From Candidatus Eiseniibacteriota bacterium (GTDB lineage: Bacteria; Eisenbacteria; RBG-16-71-46; JABDJR01): a stretch of 64,000 nt of DNA. The stretch is taken from NCBI GenBank assembly GCA_963783375.1, contig CAWANH010000028.1:1184001-1248000 (forward strand). The letters are read 5' to 3'. Of the stretch, positions 49,569-60,828 are shown piece after piece. Position 1 is the first letter of the stretch. Every line of letters starts with the position of its first letter. The notes under the pieces are model-generated. The model worked only from the letters and a program-made list of their open reading frames with translations, was not told the origin of the DNA and did no database searches. A program made the translations under genes and the position numbers.

Positions 49569-51011
49569 TCACCCCTTCACCACCGCGATCGGCCGGAGGC
49601 GGGCGACCACCGCGCAGAGCCCCGCCGCCTCCACCGCCTCCACCACTCCGGCCACGTCCTTGTAGGCGTCGGAGATCTCCTCGGCCTCGGTTCGCCGGCT
49701 GGCCGAGCGCACCAGGATCCCACGCGCCGCCATCTCCCGCGCGATGGCCCGGCCCCCCGCCGCCTTCCGCGCCGCGGTCCGGCTCATCCGCCGCCCCGCC
49801 CCGTGGCAGCTCGATCCGAAGGTGTGGGTCATCGACCCCTCGCGCCCGACCAGGACGAAGCTGTAGCGCTCCATGTCCCCGGGAATGAGCACCGGCTGGC
49901 CCAGGTGGCGGTATTCCTCGGGAAGGTCGGGATGGCCGGGGGGGAAGGCGCGGGTGGCGCCCTTCCGGTGCACGCACACCCGGCGGCGCTTCCCGTCCAC
50001 GATGTGGGTTTCGATCTTGGCGATGTTGTGGGCGACCTCGTAGATCGTGCGCGCTCCCAGCGCCTCCGCCCGTCCGCCGAGGCCTCGCGCCAGGCCCTCC
50101 ACCGCCTTGGCGGCCAGGATCTGCCGATTGGCGAAGGCGAAGTTCACCGCCGCGTTCATCGCCTCCAGGTAGGCCTTCCCCTCGGCCGAGGCGATGGGCA
50201 CGCAGCAGAGCTGGGGATCGGGGACCCGGACCCCGTGACGGTGCATGGCCGGCTTCATCCGCTTCAGGGAATCCGTGCAGACCTGGTGGCCCAGGCCCCG
50301 GCTTCCGGAGTGGAGGATCAGCGTAACCCGCCCGGGTTCGAGCCCCAGGGCCCGCGCGGCCTCGGGTTCGAAGACCGCGTCCACCACCCCCAGCTCCAGG
50401 AAGTGGTTCCCCGAGCCCAGGGTCCCGAGCTGGTCCTTCCCGCGGGCCATGGCCTGGGGGCTCACCTCGGCGGGGTCGGCGCCCTCGATCCTCCCGCCCT
50501 CCTCGATGTGCCGAAGCTCGGACGCGGTTCCGAATCCCCGGTCCACCGCCCACCGGGCGCCGCCGGTGAGCACGCGCTTCATCTCGGCGGGGCCGGCCTT
50601 GACGTCGCCCCCCCGGCCCACCCCGCAGGGGATGGTCTCGAACAGGCGGTTCGCGATCTCCTCGAGTCGCGGGCGCACCTCGGGCTCGAAGAGGTCGAAG
50701 GCCAGAAGCCGCACCCCGCAGTTGATGTCGTAACCCACCCCTCCCGGGCTCACCACGCCCTCATCGAGATCGGTGGCGGCCACGCCGCCGATGGGGAAGC
50801 CGTACCCCATGTGCATGTCGGGCATGGCCCAGGCCGCGCCCAGGATGCCGGGGAGGGTGGCCACGTTCTGGAGCTGGCGGAGGGACTCCTGGTCTCCGCG
50901 GATGCTCGGGAGCAATTCCTCCGAGGCCACCAGCCGGGCGGGGACCCGCGCGTCGGGGCGGGCTTCCACCTCCCAGATGTTCCGCCCCGCGGAGCGAAGC
51001 TGGATCGACAT
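49569..51011 (-). CDS. rtcB: RNA-splicing/repair ligase RtcB
   Basis: PDMHMGYGFPIGG, GYDINCG, GTLGSGNHFLE, HSGSRG, HN, HRKGAT, HGAGR, C-terminal VKG. Confidence 0.96.
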   Translation of the reverse strand: MSIQLRSAGRNIWEVEARPDARVPARLVASEELLPSIRGDQESLRQLQNVATLPGILGAAWAMPDMHMGYGFPIGGVAATDLDEGVVSPGGVGYDINCGVRLLAFDLFEPEVRPRLEEIANRLFETIPCGVGRGGDVKAGPAEMKRVLTGGARWAVDRGFGTASELRHIEEGGRIEGADPAEVSPQAMARGKDQLGTLGSGNHFLELGVVDAVFEPEAARALGLEPGRVTLILHSGSRGLGHQVCTDSLKRMKPAMHRHGVRVPDPQLCCVPIASAEGKAYLEAMNAAVNFAFANRQILAAKAVEGLARGLGGRAEALGARTIYEVAHNIAKIETHIVDGKRRRVCVHRKGATRAFPPGHPDLPEEYRHLGQPVLIPGDMERYSFVLVGREGSMTHTFGSSCHGAGRRMSRTAARKAAGGRAIAREMAARGILVRSASRRTEAEEISDAYKDVAGVVEAVEAAGLCAVVARLRPIAVVKG

Positions 51012-51081
51012 GCGCGCTCGCCTCCTCCACCCGTACCGGCCCTCGCGGCCCCCGCGGCCGCCGGGGCCGGCGGACCGGATC

Positions 51082-51507
51082 TCAAATGTCCAGGAGCACC
51101 CGCGCCTCCCATCCTCCGGGCGCCTCGCGGAGTTCGAGGTCGTGCCAGGTCACCGCCTTGACCTCGGTCCGGAGATCGTGGCGCGCGGGGTCGATCGGTT
51201 CGCCCCGGACCCGCGCCGAGAGCCGCGTGCCCTCGATCGCCACCTCGAACTCCCCGTACAGTTCCCCCTCGATCTGGTGGAGCGCGTTCAGTTCCTCCAG
51301 CCAATCGTGGAGGAGATCCGGCATCGACTCCGCCGCGAGCTCCACCCGGCGCTCCCGCTCCGGGCGGATCGACCCGGCCCCCGCGATGACCGCGAATAGG
51401 CCTCGGGCCATGTTGCGGAAGAGGTCGGGGAGATCACGGCCCCGGCCCCGCACCCCCACGTCCGCGGTGTGCTCCACGAACTCGAAGCCGGGATCCGCCT
51501 CGGTCAC
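51082..51507 (-). CDS. Archease (RtcB activator)
   Basis: FEFVEHTADV, EVKAVTWH, C-terminal LLDI; immediately upstream of rtcB. Confidence 0.93.
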   Translation of the reverse strand: MTEADPGFEFVEHTADVGVRGRGRDLPDLFRNMARGLFAVIAGAGSIRPERERRVELAAESMPDLLHDWLEELNALHQIEGELYGEFEVAIEGTRLSARVRGEPIDPARHDLRTEVKAVTWHDLELREAPGGWEARVLLDI

Positions 51508-51511
51508 CGCC

Positions 51512-53512
51512 CTACCGGCTTCCGGAAAGCCGCACCACCCGGATCGCCCGGGCCGAAGACGGGATCCGGAGAAAGTAGACTCCGGGAGCGAGCGAACGCC
51601 CCCGATCGTCCTCGCCGTTCCAGAGCAGGTCCCCGGAAGCGGCGGCGAGCGTCCGCACCCGGCGCCCGCGCACGTCGTAGATCTCCACCCGTTCGGGAGC
51701 CCCCTCCCCCGGAGCGCCGGAGACGTGGAGGGTCCGAGCGAAGGGATTGGGCCAGGCCTGAAGCGCCGCGACCGGCAGGGTGACCGGCGCCGAGGTGGTG
51801 GTGTTCTGGATGTGCTCGTCGAGGATCTTGTTGGCGGGGTCGACGACCACGCTCACCGGTTGGGCCGGGACCGGGAAGTCGAGCACGTCGTGGTCGGTCT
51901 CCACCCACCCGGTCACCGTGGTGTCCCCGGCGGTGGTGGTGACGGTGATCTCCAGCGGGAACCGGAAGAGGGTCGTGCCCTGGGTCTGGCGGAGGTCGAC
52001 CTGGGCGTGCCAGCCGTCGGGGAGATGAATCGGAACCAGGGCGTAGCTCAGGTGCGGGTGCCCGGTCCCGAGGAGCCACTGGTCGAAGAACCACCCCAGG
52101 GGCTGGCCGTGGCGGGCTTCCATCGCCGCCTGGAGGTCGGCGGTGGTGGCGTTTCCGAAGGCATGGGCGTTCAGGTAGTCCCGGATGGCCGCGTCATAGG
52201 CGCTCTCCCCGATCAGGTCGCGGAGCATCCGGAGCACCCAGGCCCCCTTGTAGTAGATGATCCCGCTGAAGGTCTGGGCCGGGGGCGGATCGAGGATGGG
52301 AAGATCGCCCCCCCCCGCCTCGATGTTGAACACCACGTTCTGGGCGTTCTGCATCCGGTCGTCGAATGTGGTCCCGCCGTAGAACTCCCCTTGCCAGACC
52401 GCCTCGTAGAAGGTGGCGAACCCCTCGTTCAGCCAGATGTCCTGCCAGCTCGCGCAGGTGACGAGGTCTCCGAACCACTGATGGGCGAGCTCGTGGGCCA
52501 CCACCCACTCGTAGTTGTACCCGCCGGTCACGATGGCGCTCCCCAGGAGCGTCGCGGTCTGGTGCTCCATTCCCCCGCCGAGGTTCGACTCGCACATCGA
52601 GTACTTGTCGAAGGGATAGGGGTGGAGGGTGCTGTCGTAGAACGCGACCATCTCGTCCACGTACTTGAAGGTGTTCCGGGCGGCGGTGGTGTGGGTGGGG
52701 TAGACGTACCAGGTCAGCGGGGTCACGGCCGAGGCCTGGGTGATCGTCGAATAGTCGGAGATCGAGGCGCACATGAGGTAGGTGGCCAGGGGATGGTTCT
52801 CGTGCCAGTGGTAGACGAGGTCGCTTCCCACGGTGACGGTGGAGTCCAGGACCCCGTTCGAGACCAGGATCTTCCCCGCCGGCACGCGGCCGTGCATGGC
52901 CAGGGTCGCCTTGTCCCACGGCTCATCCTGGCAGGGGAACCAGTGGCGGGCGTCCTGGGGCTCCACGAAGGTGTAGGCCACCTGGCTGTTCACGTAGTAC
53001 CCCGAGGTCACGGTGCCGCCGTAGTCGACCGCCACGGTGACGGTGTCGCCTCGAACCGGGGCGGGGACCACGGTGATGTCCAGACCGGTGGCATCCTGGG
53101 TGAAGGCGAGGGGGTTACCCTGGCCGTCCCGGACCGCGGCGGCGGCAATGCCCACGAGGTCCAGCCGGAGCACGTCGTCGGGATCGCTCCCCCAGACCAG
53201 GTTGAGGATGGCGGTGCCGTTCACGATCGGGTTCACCACGTCGAAGGTGACCGCGAGATCGTAGTGGAGAACGTCCACCGGGGGATCGGCCGCGGCCGGC
53301 GGCCAGTTCGAGAGCGGGTTCACCCCGCCGTGCTCCCACCGGGCGATATCGAAACCCTGGATGGAAAGCGGGGATCGGGTTCCCGGCAGGGGGGGGAAGA
53401 TGTCCTTGCCCGGAGTCGCCGGCCGCACGGGGGCTCCCGCGGTCCAGGCGACGCAGAAGATCGCCGCGACCGCCGTGCCGAGGAGGAGGGATAGCCAGGA
53501 GGTTCGATGCAT
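51512..53512 (-). CDS. Secreted M1-family aminopeptidase with FlgD-Ig/T9SS-like tail
   Basis: Signal peptide; ARHWFPC, GGMEH, HELAHQWFG, WLNEGFA, YYKGA; tail WPNPF...YDVRGRRVR...WNG...GVYF. TATAAT -10 at 53558-53553 supports start 53512. Confidence 0.92.
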   Translation of the reverse strand: MHRTSWLSLLLGTAVAAIFCVAWTAGAPVRPATPGKDIFPPLPGTRSPLSIQGFDIARWEHGGVNPLSNWPPAAADPPVDVLHYDLAVTFDVVNPIVNGTAILNLVWGSDPDDVLRLDLVGIAAAAVRDGQGNPLAFTQDATGLDITVVPAPVRGDTVTVAVDYGGTVTSGYYVNSQVAYTFVEPQDARHWFPCQDEPWDKATLAMHGRVPAGKILVSNGVLDSTVTVGSDLVYHWHENHPLATYLMCASISDYSTITQASAVTPLTWYVYPTHTTAARNTFKYVDEMVAFYDSTLHPYPFDKYSMCESNLGGGMEHQTATLLGSAIVTGGYNYEWVVAHELAHQWFGDLVTCASWQDIWLNEGFATFYEAVWQGEFYGGTTFDDRMQNAQNVVFNIEAGGGDLPILDPPPAQTFSGIIYYKGAWVLRMLRDLIGESAYDAAIRDYLNAHAFGNATTADLQAAMEARHGQPLGWFFDQWLLGTGHPHLSYALVPIHLPDGWHAQVDLRQTQGTTLFRFPLEITVTTTAGDTTVTGWVETDHDVLDFPVPAQPVSVVVDPANKILDEHIQNTTTSAPVTLPVAALQAWPNPFARTLHVSGAPGEGAPERVEIYDVRGRRVRTLAAASGDLLWNGEDDRGRSLAPGVYFLRIPSSARAIRVVRLSGSR

Positions 53513-53678
53513 GGGAGGTTCCTCGAAGTAAGCCCGGGCCCGAGTCGCGTTCATTATAACCCAGAATCGGCCGGGCCCGACCCCGGGCCGGGCCGGCGCG
53601 CCCGGGCCTGGTTTCCCGGCGTCCTGCTAGAGTCATGCGGGATCCGACGCCCCCCCGGATCCCGGAAGGAGGAGTTTC

Positions 53679-54209
53679 ATGACGGTGGCATCGTTCGAGG
53701 GCAAAACGCCCCGGATCGGAGCGGGAACCTGGGTGCACCCCTCGTCCGACGTGTTCGGCGACGTGGTGATCGGGGAGGGGTGCTGGATCGGCCCCGGCGC
53801 CCGGATCCGGGGGGACTACGGCCGGATCGTGATCGGCGACTGCACTGCGGTGGAGGACAACGTGGTGGTCCATGCCCGTCCCGGGGAGGAGACCCGGATC
53901 GGGAACTGGGTGACCCTGGGCCACGGTTGCGTCATCCACAACGTGAAGATGCTGGGCGACTACGCGGTGGTCGGGATGAAGGCGGTGGTGAGCGACTGGA
54001 CCGTCCTCGGCGAATGGGCGGTGGTGGCCGAGGGCGCGGTGGTTCCGCAGAAGCGCGAGATTCCCCCCGGGCGGATCGCGGTAGGGGTGCCGGCCAAACT
54101 CCTCGACAAACCGGTGGACGAGGCCTACAAGGCCGAGTGGACCAAGTTCAAGGCGATCTACGTGGATCTGGCCCGCCGCTACCCGGAGGGGTGGCGGCCG
54201 ATCGAGTGA
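53679..54209 (+). CDS. Gamma-class carbonic anhydrase family (hexapeptide repeat) protein
   Basis: Left-handed beta-helix repeats, IRGD, EDNVVVH, LGHGCVIH (three His), GVPAK. Confidence 0.9.
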   Translation: MTVASFEGKTPRIGAGTWVHPSSDVFGDVVIGEGCWIGPGARIRGDYGRIVIGDCTAVEDNVVVHARPGEETRIGNWVTLGHGCVIHNVKMLGDYAVVGMKAVVSDWTVLGEWAVVAEGAVVPQKREIPPGRIAVGVPAKLLDKPVDEAYKAEWTKFKAIYVDLARRYPEGWRPIE

Positions 54210-54228
54210 ACCCGGAGGGGGAGCAGCG

Positions 54229-54951
54229 ATGAGCAAGCATCCGTCGGCGACGCACCCGTGCACGATCTGCGGGAAGTTGAAACCCCGGTCACAACTGGTT
54301 CCCGGCGAGACCCTGAGGGATTCCATAGCCGCTCTCATCCTCGGGGAGCGGCCGGACTGGACTCCCGAGGGCTTCATCTGCCGGGAGGATCTGAACCGGT
54401 ACCGTGCGGCCTACATCGAAAATCTGGTGGAGACCGAGAAAGGCGAGGTGTCCTCCCTCGAGAACGAGGTGGTGGAGAGCCTCAAGCAGCACGAGATCCT
54501 TTCCCGGAACGTGGACGCGGAGTTCGAGCAGCACCTCACGGTGGGACAGCGGCTGAGCGACCGGATCGCCACCTTCGGCGGTAGCTGGCGCTTCATCATC
54601 ATCTTCGGGGTGGTGCTGGTGATCTGGATGGCCGTGAACTCGATCGTGTTGCTCGCCAGACCCTTCGACCCCTATCCCTTCATCCTCCTCAACCTGGTGC
54701 TCTCCTGCATGGCCGCCATCCAGGCCCCCATCATCATGATGAGCCAGAACCGGCAGGAGGGCCGTGACCGCCTCGGGGCCCAACGCGACTACCAGGTCAA
54801 CATGAAGGCCGAGCTGGAGATCCGCCACCTGCACGAGAAGATGGATCACCTGCTCTCCAAGCAGTGGGAGCGGCTGGCGGAGATCCAGCAGGTTCAGATC
54901 GAGTTCATGAAGGAGCTGATGGAGATCCGCGGGAGGGGAAAGGGCGCGTAG
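54229..54951 (+). CDS. DUF1003 membrane protein
   Basis: FGGSWRFI, FDPYPFILLNL, QAPIIMMSQNRQ, KAELEI; N-terminal CTICG. Confidence 0.9.
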   Translation: MSKHPSATHPCTICGKLKPRSQLVPGETLRDSIAALILGERPDWTPEGFICREDLNRYRAAYIENLVETEKGEVSSLENEVVESLKQHEILSRNVDAEFEQHLTVGQRLSDRIATFGGSWRFIIIFGVVLVIWMAVNSIVLLARPFDPYPFILLNLVLSCMAAIQAPIIMMSQNRQEGRDRLGAQRDYQVNMKAELEIRHLHEKMDHLLSKQWERLAEIQQVQIEFMKELMEIRGRGKGA

Positions 54952-54997
54952 TGCCCGGTCTCCCGGCGGCGCCGCGGCCGCCGGGAGCCGGAGCCGG

Positions 54998-55366
54998 CTA
55001 CTTGATGAGCCGGAGCGTGAGCGGATACCGGTAGGACTCTCCGCCGTTGGCCTTGATCGCTCCGATGATCGGGAAGATGACCATCATGAGACCCACCACG
55101 ATGAGGAGGAAGATCCCGATCACCACGAGCATGAGCAGGCCGCTCACCGCCGCGGCGATGAACATGGTGATCTGGAAGTTCACCGCCTCCTTGCCCTGGG
55201 CGTCCACGAAGGGATCGACGTCCTTCTTGAGCAGCCACACCAGCAGCGGCCCGACGAGAAAACCGATGCCGTTGGCCAGCAAGCCCACCAGCGCGCTGAG
55301 ATGGCAGAGCATCCCCCACTTCCGTGCGTCCGCCGACAGCATCGCTCCGCTCGAAACATCGGTCAT
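54998..55366 (-). CDS. DUF4870 membrane protein
   Basis: WGMLCHLS, GPLLVWL, QGKEAVNFQIT, YRYP; GGAGG RBS before ATG 55366. Confidence 0.88.
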   Translation of the reverse strand: MTDVSSGAMLSADARKWGMLCHLSALVGLLANGIGFLVGPLLVWLLKKDVDPFVDAQGKEAVNFQITMFIAAAVSGLLMLVVIGIFLLIVVGLMMVIFPIIGAIKANGGESYRYPLTLRLIK

Positions 55367-55395
55367 TTTGTTCCCCCTCCTTGGTTTTTGACGAC

Positions 55396-58300
55396 CTACG
55401 GCAACAGTACCATCTTTCTCGACGTCGCATGCCCCATGGCCATGACCCGGTAGAAGTACACACCCGAGCTCACCCGCCGGCCGGCGTCGTCGGTGCCGTT
55501 CCACGGGATCTCGTGGATGCCGGTGGTCTGATTGCCGCCGGAGAGGAGGGTGCGGACCAGGCGGCCGCGGTAGTCGTAGATCTGGAGCCCCACCGGACAC
55601 TCCCGGGACAGCTCGAAGCGGATCACGGTCTGGGGCCGGAAGGGGTTGGGCGCGTTCACGAGGGTCACCACCGGCCCGCCCGTGTCCCCGTCCGGGGTTC
55701 CCGGCACGATCCCGCCCACCGGCTGGAGCCGGATGTCGGCCAGGACCGCCGGGGTGGCGCCGTCGAGGCGGATCACGGTGGGTCCGGCGTCCCCCTCCGC
55801 CCGGAAGGAGGCGGGCTCGTACCCCGGCCGGTCCGCGTAGGCGAAGTAGGCTCCGGCTGAGAGCCCGGTGAGGATCACCGCGCCGTTCTCAGCGCTCGTC
55901 CCCCCCGACACCGGAATATCGATCGGTGACGCCGAGAGCGCGTTCACCAGGTAGAAGAAGGCGCCGGGCAGGTTCTCCTGGTGCCAGGCCATGGCCAGAA
56001 CGCCCGGGTCGGTGAACGTGGTGTCGTCGGGCGTCACCGTGCTCGCGATCCGCACCCGCCCGGCCTGGAGGAACGACCCGCCGTCCGCCGCCGGGTGGAG
56101 CGTCATCACGACCTGGGGCACCCGGAGGTTCGGCCCTCCGGTGACCACCCGCTCGGCGTTCCGCCAGCGGTGCGCGTTGGGGTAATAGGCGGGGATGAAC
56201 CCCTCGGCGTCCACCGCCATCAATACCGAGGCCCCGGCGGGGAGACCCTGGACCATGAAGTTCCCGTCCGCGTCGGTATGGCCGCCGGCCGCCCGGCCGC
56301 CCGCCGATCCGGGCTCGAGAAACGCCCGCACCCGCGCGTGGTCCACGCCGTGGCCGTCGGGGTCGACGATGCGTCCGGTCAGGAAGCCCCCGGTCGGAGG
56401 CGTCGACGTCCGGCCCAGGACGATGATCCCCGCGCCGGCGGCCCGGTTCGGGTAGACCACCAGGGGGCGGGCCTCGGGGAAGGGGACCCCACCCGGGTAG
56501 TAAGCCAGCTCGTACCCCGGGTACTCCGCCGAGACGTAGTAGGAAAGCGACCCGTCGGGGCCCGCGGTGATTCCCGTGGCGTGGAAGCGTCCGTCGGGAC
56601 CGACCTTGGCGCGGACTTCATAGGGCGCGAAGGTTGGGTAGGCGGGGACGATGTGCACCACCGCACCCTCGGCGGGAATCGAGCAGTCGTTGCCGATCGG
56701 TCCGACGCAGTCCGCCTCGGGGAGCACCCGGTAGACCATCCCCTCGATGGTCGCGGTGTTTCCGGGAGGGTACGACCCCCGAAGGGTGAAGTCGACGTGA
56801 CGCGGTGGTGTCCTCCGGGGCCACGTCCACCCAGTCCGCCGAATAGGGATCGGCGAAGTTCCGGAAGTACACGCGGTCCAGACCGGGAGCCTCCGCGCTC
56901 AGGATGTAGGGCGTGTCGGCGGGAACGTTCAGGATGTAGCGCCCATCGGGACCGGTCACCGCCCGTAGGGGGGCCGGACGAGCCACCGTGGAGGGAAGGA
57001 TGGAGACCGCCATCACCGTGGCCCCCTCCACCGGGATGGCCGGCCGGTCCAGGTTCGGGTCGTCATGCACTACGATACCGGTGATCGTGGCCACCGACGC
57101 GTTGGTGAGCGGGGCCAGGTCGAACCGCGGCTCCAGATAGGGCGGCATGGTGATATTCGGCACCCGAAGCGCCAACGCCTGGTCGAAGCGATCGGCGTGG
57201 TTCCAGTACTGGTACCGGTGGCGTCCCAGTTCCCCGGCCACCAGCCGGTAGTTGCCGGCCGGGACCTTGATCGTGAACCGCCCGTCGTTACCGGTGTACC
57301 CCATGAACCGTCCGCCGGGCCCGGGGCCCGCCGGATCGGTCTCGCCGTTCGCGCCGGGTAGCGGGAGGCTGTCGGGGAACACCCCCCCGGCGGGAACCGC
57401 CATGACCACCGCCCCGGCCAGGGGCGAGCCCTCCGGGATGGCGGAGATCTCGTTCACCACGCCGGTGATGGGGTAGAACTGCGGCGGGGGAGGCGTGCTC
57501 GCGAAGATGAGCCGGATGTCGTCCCGGTAGGCACCCGCCGCGAGGTCGAGCGGTTGGGCCTGGTTCGGGTCGGTCACCCCCGGCCACCAGATCAACCGGG
57601 CGGCGAAGTTCCCGGCGGGATCCTCCTCGGGAAGCTCGGCGTGGAGGTAGTAGGCTCCGGGGCGGATCCCCGCGAACAGGAACCAACCCTGGGCGCTGAT
57701 CCGGGTCTGGTGCGTCTCGGCGGTCGGAGGCGGCCCGAGCGCCGAGGGGAGGCTGTCGGAGGGGACTCCGGTCAGGTACACGAATCCGGTGTGGGCCGGG
57801 CGCCCCTCGAACTCGAAGATTCGCCCGGAGAGATACGTCAGGTCGGGGTCCGGGTCCTGGACCCCGAACTCCACGGTGTCCGACCCCACCCCGCGCATCT
57901 CCATCACCACGAAGTGGGTGCCGGGGCCCAGCGGAAACTCGCGGGGCCTGAAGATCATCTGGGGATCGTCCGGGCCGAAGGTGATGCTCTGGCCCGGCTC
58001 CAGCTCGACCCGCCGGAAGAACTCCGGGCAGGCGCGGTTCGGGGTGTAGGCTCCGTCGATGGACCAGGCCACCGGGCAGCCGTCCACCCCGAAGACCCCG
58101 GTGGTGTCCCCGACGTTGGTGACCGTGCAGGAGAGGTTACGGTCGGCGCCGATCGGGCCCCGGTAGGGATCCACCGCGCCCCGCACCTCGAAGACCGCGT
58201 CGGTCGGTGGCGGCATCGCGTCCCGGACCTGGATCTGGACCTGGTTCCGGGCGTACCCGATCACCTCGCCCTCGATCCAGTGCGGGCCGGGGCCGAGCTG

Positions 58301-58663
58301 GTAGTCGGGGGCCCGGTGGGTGAAGGTGTGGATGAGCCGGGTCTCGCCCGGGGCCAGGGTCTGTCCGGTGAGGACGGTGAGACAGGCGACGTGGTCCAGG
58401 TAGCGGTACTGGCCGTCGATCACGTAGTCCGCCTGGCAGGACGAGGAGAAGAAGAGCCTGGCGGTGTCCGGGCTCGCGTTGATCGCGAAGACCTGGATCT
58501 GGATGGGTTCCCCGGGAGCGTACACCGGTTTGTCGGTGGACACCCGGGCGAAGATCGTCCCGGTGCTGTCGGGGGGCATCTGGGCCGCAACCGGGCCGGC
58601 CCCCATGACGGCCGCGAAGAGGATGGCAAACAAGAGCTTGAGCGAGGGTCGGTCGAATCTCAT
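55396..58663 (-). CDS. Large secreted protein (~1,088 aa): tandem BsuPI-like Ig domains, carboxypeptidase-regulatory-like repeats, FlgD-Ig tail; frameshift near 56803
   Basis: Signal peptide from ATG 58663; STDKPVY.PGE...FSSSCQADY...LAPGE; repeated (I/L)xG.V...GA.V...G.(Y/F)...Y...A units. Removing one base at ~56803 joins EDTT to RHVDFTLRG...EGMVY; tail PNPF...WNG...SGVYFYR. Confidence 0.8.
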
Positions 58664-58795
58664 GACGGCTCCCCCTGCATCGTCGGTCGCCGGTCGGCGG
58701 GTGGGCATGGGTCACCCGAAGGGGATTTTTTCCAGCATCGACGATGACTGTGAACCATTCTACCGCAGATTCGCCGGGGGGTTCCAAGTCAGAGA

Positions 58796-58820
58796 TAAAG
58801 TATTCCATGACATAGTCTTG
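58796..58820. promoter_or_regulatory. 25-bp imperfect palindrome, copy 3 (TAAAGTATTC-CATGA-CATAGTCTTG)
   Basis: AT-rich 10-5-10 element between divergent genes; weakest of the three copies. Confidence 0.35.
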
Positions 58821-58938
58821 TGACCCAGAGACTGCACGGCCGGACCGGTCCGCAGGACCCCGCGGCGGGGCCTCGGAGAGGCGGGCGGCGAGCTGCGGGA
58901 CGATCCCGGGGCCGGTGGGCTCCCCCGGGCGCGGCGAT

Positions 58939-58971
58939 CCTAATCATCCCCTAACAATCCCCGGGTATACC
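58939..58971 (+). promoter_or_regulatory. Pho-box-like direct repeats upstream of pstC
   Basis: CCTAAT (58939) and CCTAAC (58950) 11 bp apart; TATACC begins 16 bp after the last repeat start. Confidence 0.65.
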
Positions 58972-59017
58972 TTGTCGGCCGAGTCCCGGCCCCCCCGTGG
59001 CCGGGTCAGGGAGAATC

Positions 59018-59986
59018 ATGGCCAGTCTGCCCCGAAACGCCGTCCCCGCCCGCGCCCGGAGCACCGGACACCACCGGCGGGCCGATGCCCTGTTCCACGG
59101 GGCGGCCCGGGTTTCCGCCGCCCTGGTGCTGGTGATCATGCTGGGGATCTTCTACGAACTGGTCCGGGATTCCATGCCGTCGCTCCAGGCCTTCGGAGCG
59201 AGGTTCCTGGTCTCGGCGAAGTGGAACCCGGTGACCGAGGAGTTCGGGGCGCTCTCCAGCATCTACGGCACCCTGGTCTCGACCGCCATCGCCCTCGCGA
59301 TCGCGCTTCCCCTGAGCCTGGTGAGCGCGATCTTCCTGGTGGAGCTGGCTCCGCCCGCGGTGAGTCGCTACGTGGGCTACGGGATCGAACTCCTGGCCGC
59401 CGTACCCAGCATCATCTACGGCATGTGGGGGCTCTTCGTCTTCGCCCCGTACCTGTCCGACCACGTTCAGCCCTTCCTCCAGAGCGCGTTCGGCTTCCTG
59501 CCGTTCTTCAAGGGGCCGCCGATGGGGATCGGCATGCTACCGGCGGGGATCATCCTCGCGCTCATGGTCCTTCCCTTCACCACCTCGGTCATGCGGGATG
59601 TGCTCCGCATGGTTCCCCCCATGGTGAACGAGGCAGCCTACGGGATGGGAGCGACCACCCTGGAGGTGACCCGCAAGGTGACCGTTCCCTACGCGGTGCA
59701 GGGGATCCTGGGGGCGGCCTTCCTGGGTCTGGGGCGGGCCATCGGCGAGACCATGGCCGTGACCTTCGTGATCGGGAACGACCACGGGATCTCGGCGTCC
59801 CTCTACGCGGCGGGCAACAGCATCGCCTCGACCCTGGCCAACGAGTTCACCGAGGCGTCGGATCCGCTCTACCGGAGTTCCCTGATCGAGCTGGGCCTGG
59901 TGCTCCTGCTCATGACCCTGGTGGTGCAGGTGATCGCGCACTTCTGGCTCGCCCGGGTGAAGCGGGGGATGGGGAGGGGCCAGTGA
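59018..59986 (+). CDS. pstC: Phosphate ABC transporter permease
   Basis: [41 protein letters not shown]. Confidence 0.95.
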   Translation: MASLPRNAVPARARSTGHHRRADALFHGAARVSAALVLVIMLGIFYELVRDSMPSLQAFGARFLVSAKWNPVTEEFGALSSIYGTLVSTAIALAIALPLSLVSAIFLVELAPPAVSRYVGYGIELLAAVPSIIYGMWGLFVFAPYLSDHVQPFLQSAFGFLPFFKGPPMGIGMLPAGIILALMVLPFTTSVMRDVLRMVPPMVNEAAYGMGATTLEVTRKVTVPYAVQGILGAAFLGLGRAIGETMAVTFVIGNDHGISASLYAAGNSIASTLANEFTEASDPLYRSSLIELGLVLLLMTLVVQVIAHFWLARVKRGMGRGQ

Positions 59987-60828
59987 AGCGGCGCTCGCTC
60001 CGCCGGCGGAAGGCCGCGGACCTCGCCCTCAAGGTGACGGCCACCCTCTCGTCCATGGTGGGGATCTTCTTCCTGGGCTGGATCCTCATCGTGGTGGTCC
60101 ATCGTGGAATCTCCGCGATCAACTGGACCTTCTTCACCCACCTTCCCGCTCCTCCCGGGGTCGCGGGCGGGGGGCTCGGGAACGCCATCCTCGGGACCGC
60201 CGCCATGACCCTCATGGCCGCGGTCATCGGGGTGCCGGTGGGTATCATGGGCGGGGTGTACCTGAGCGAGTACGGGCGCCGGGGCCGGTTCGCCGGCTCG
60301 GTCCGGTTCCTCATCAACATCATGATGGGGATCCCCTCGATCATCATGGGGCTCTTCATCTACGCGCTCCTGGTGGTGCCGTTCGGCCACTTCTCGGGGT
60401 ACGCGGGGGGAGTGGCCCTGGCCCTCCTCATCCTCCCCATCGTGGCCCGGACCACCGAGGACATGTTGACCCTGGTTCCCAACGCCCTCCGGGAGTCGGC
60501 CCTGGCCCTGGGGACCCCGCGCTGGCGGGTGACGGTGGAGATCCTCTTCCGGGCCGCCCGGACCGGGCTCATCACCGGGCTCCTCCTGGCCGTGGCCCGG
60601 GTGAGCGGAGAGACCGCACCGCTCCTGTTCACCTCGCTCAACAGCCCCTACTGGCCCACCAACCTGAGCCAGCCCACCGGGAACCTCACCGTGACCATCT
60701 TCAACTACGCGATGTCCCCGTATCCGGACTGGCAGCGGGACGCCTGGGGAGCCTCGCTCCTCATCATGGCCGGCGTGCTCTCGCTCACCATCCTGGCCCG
60801 CCTGGCCGCCCGGGAGAGACGAACATGA
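59983..60828 (+). CDS. pstA: Phosphate ABC transporter permease
   Basis: GTG start overlapping the pstC stop; [40 protein letters not shown]. Confidence 0.95.
   Translation: MKRRSLRRRKAADLALKVTATLSSMVGIFFLGWILIVVVHRGISAINWTFFTHLPAPPGVAGGGLGNAILGTAAMTLMAAVIGVPVGIMGGVYLSEYGRRGRFAGSVRFLINIMMGIPSIIMGLFIYALLVVPFGHFSGYAGGVALALLILPIVARTTEDMLTLVPNALRESALALGTPRWRVTVEILFRAARTGLITGLLLAVARVSGETAPLLFTSLNSPYWPTNLSQPTGNLTVTIFNYAMSPYPDWQRDAWGASLLIMAGVLSLTILARLAARERRT

Noticed and set aside
49569-51511. tRNA or Y RNA substrate gene next to rtcB/archease
   Set aside because: Intergenic gaps are only 4-70 nt, with no cloverleaf or TTCRA T-loop.
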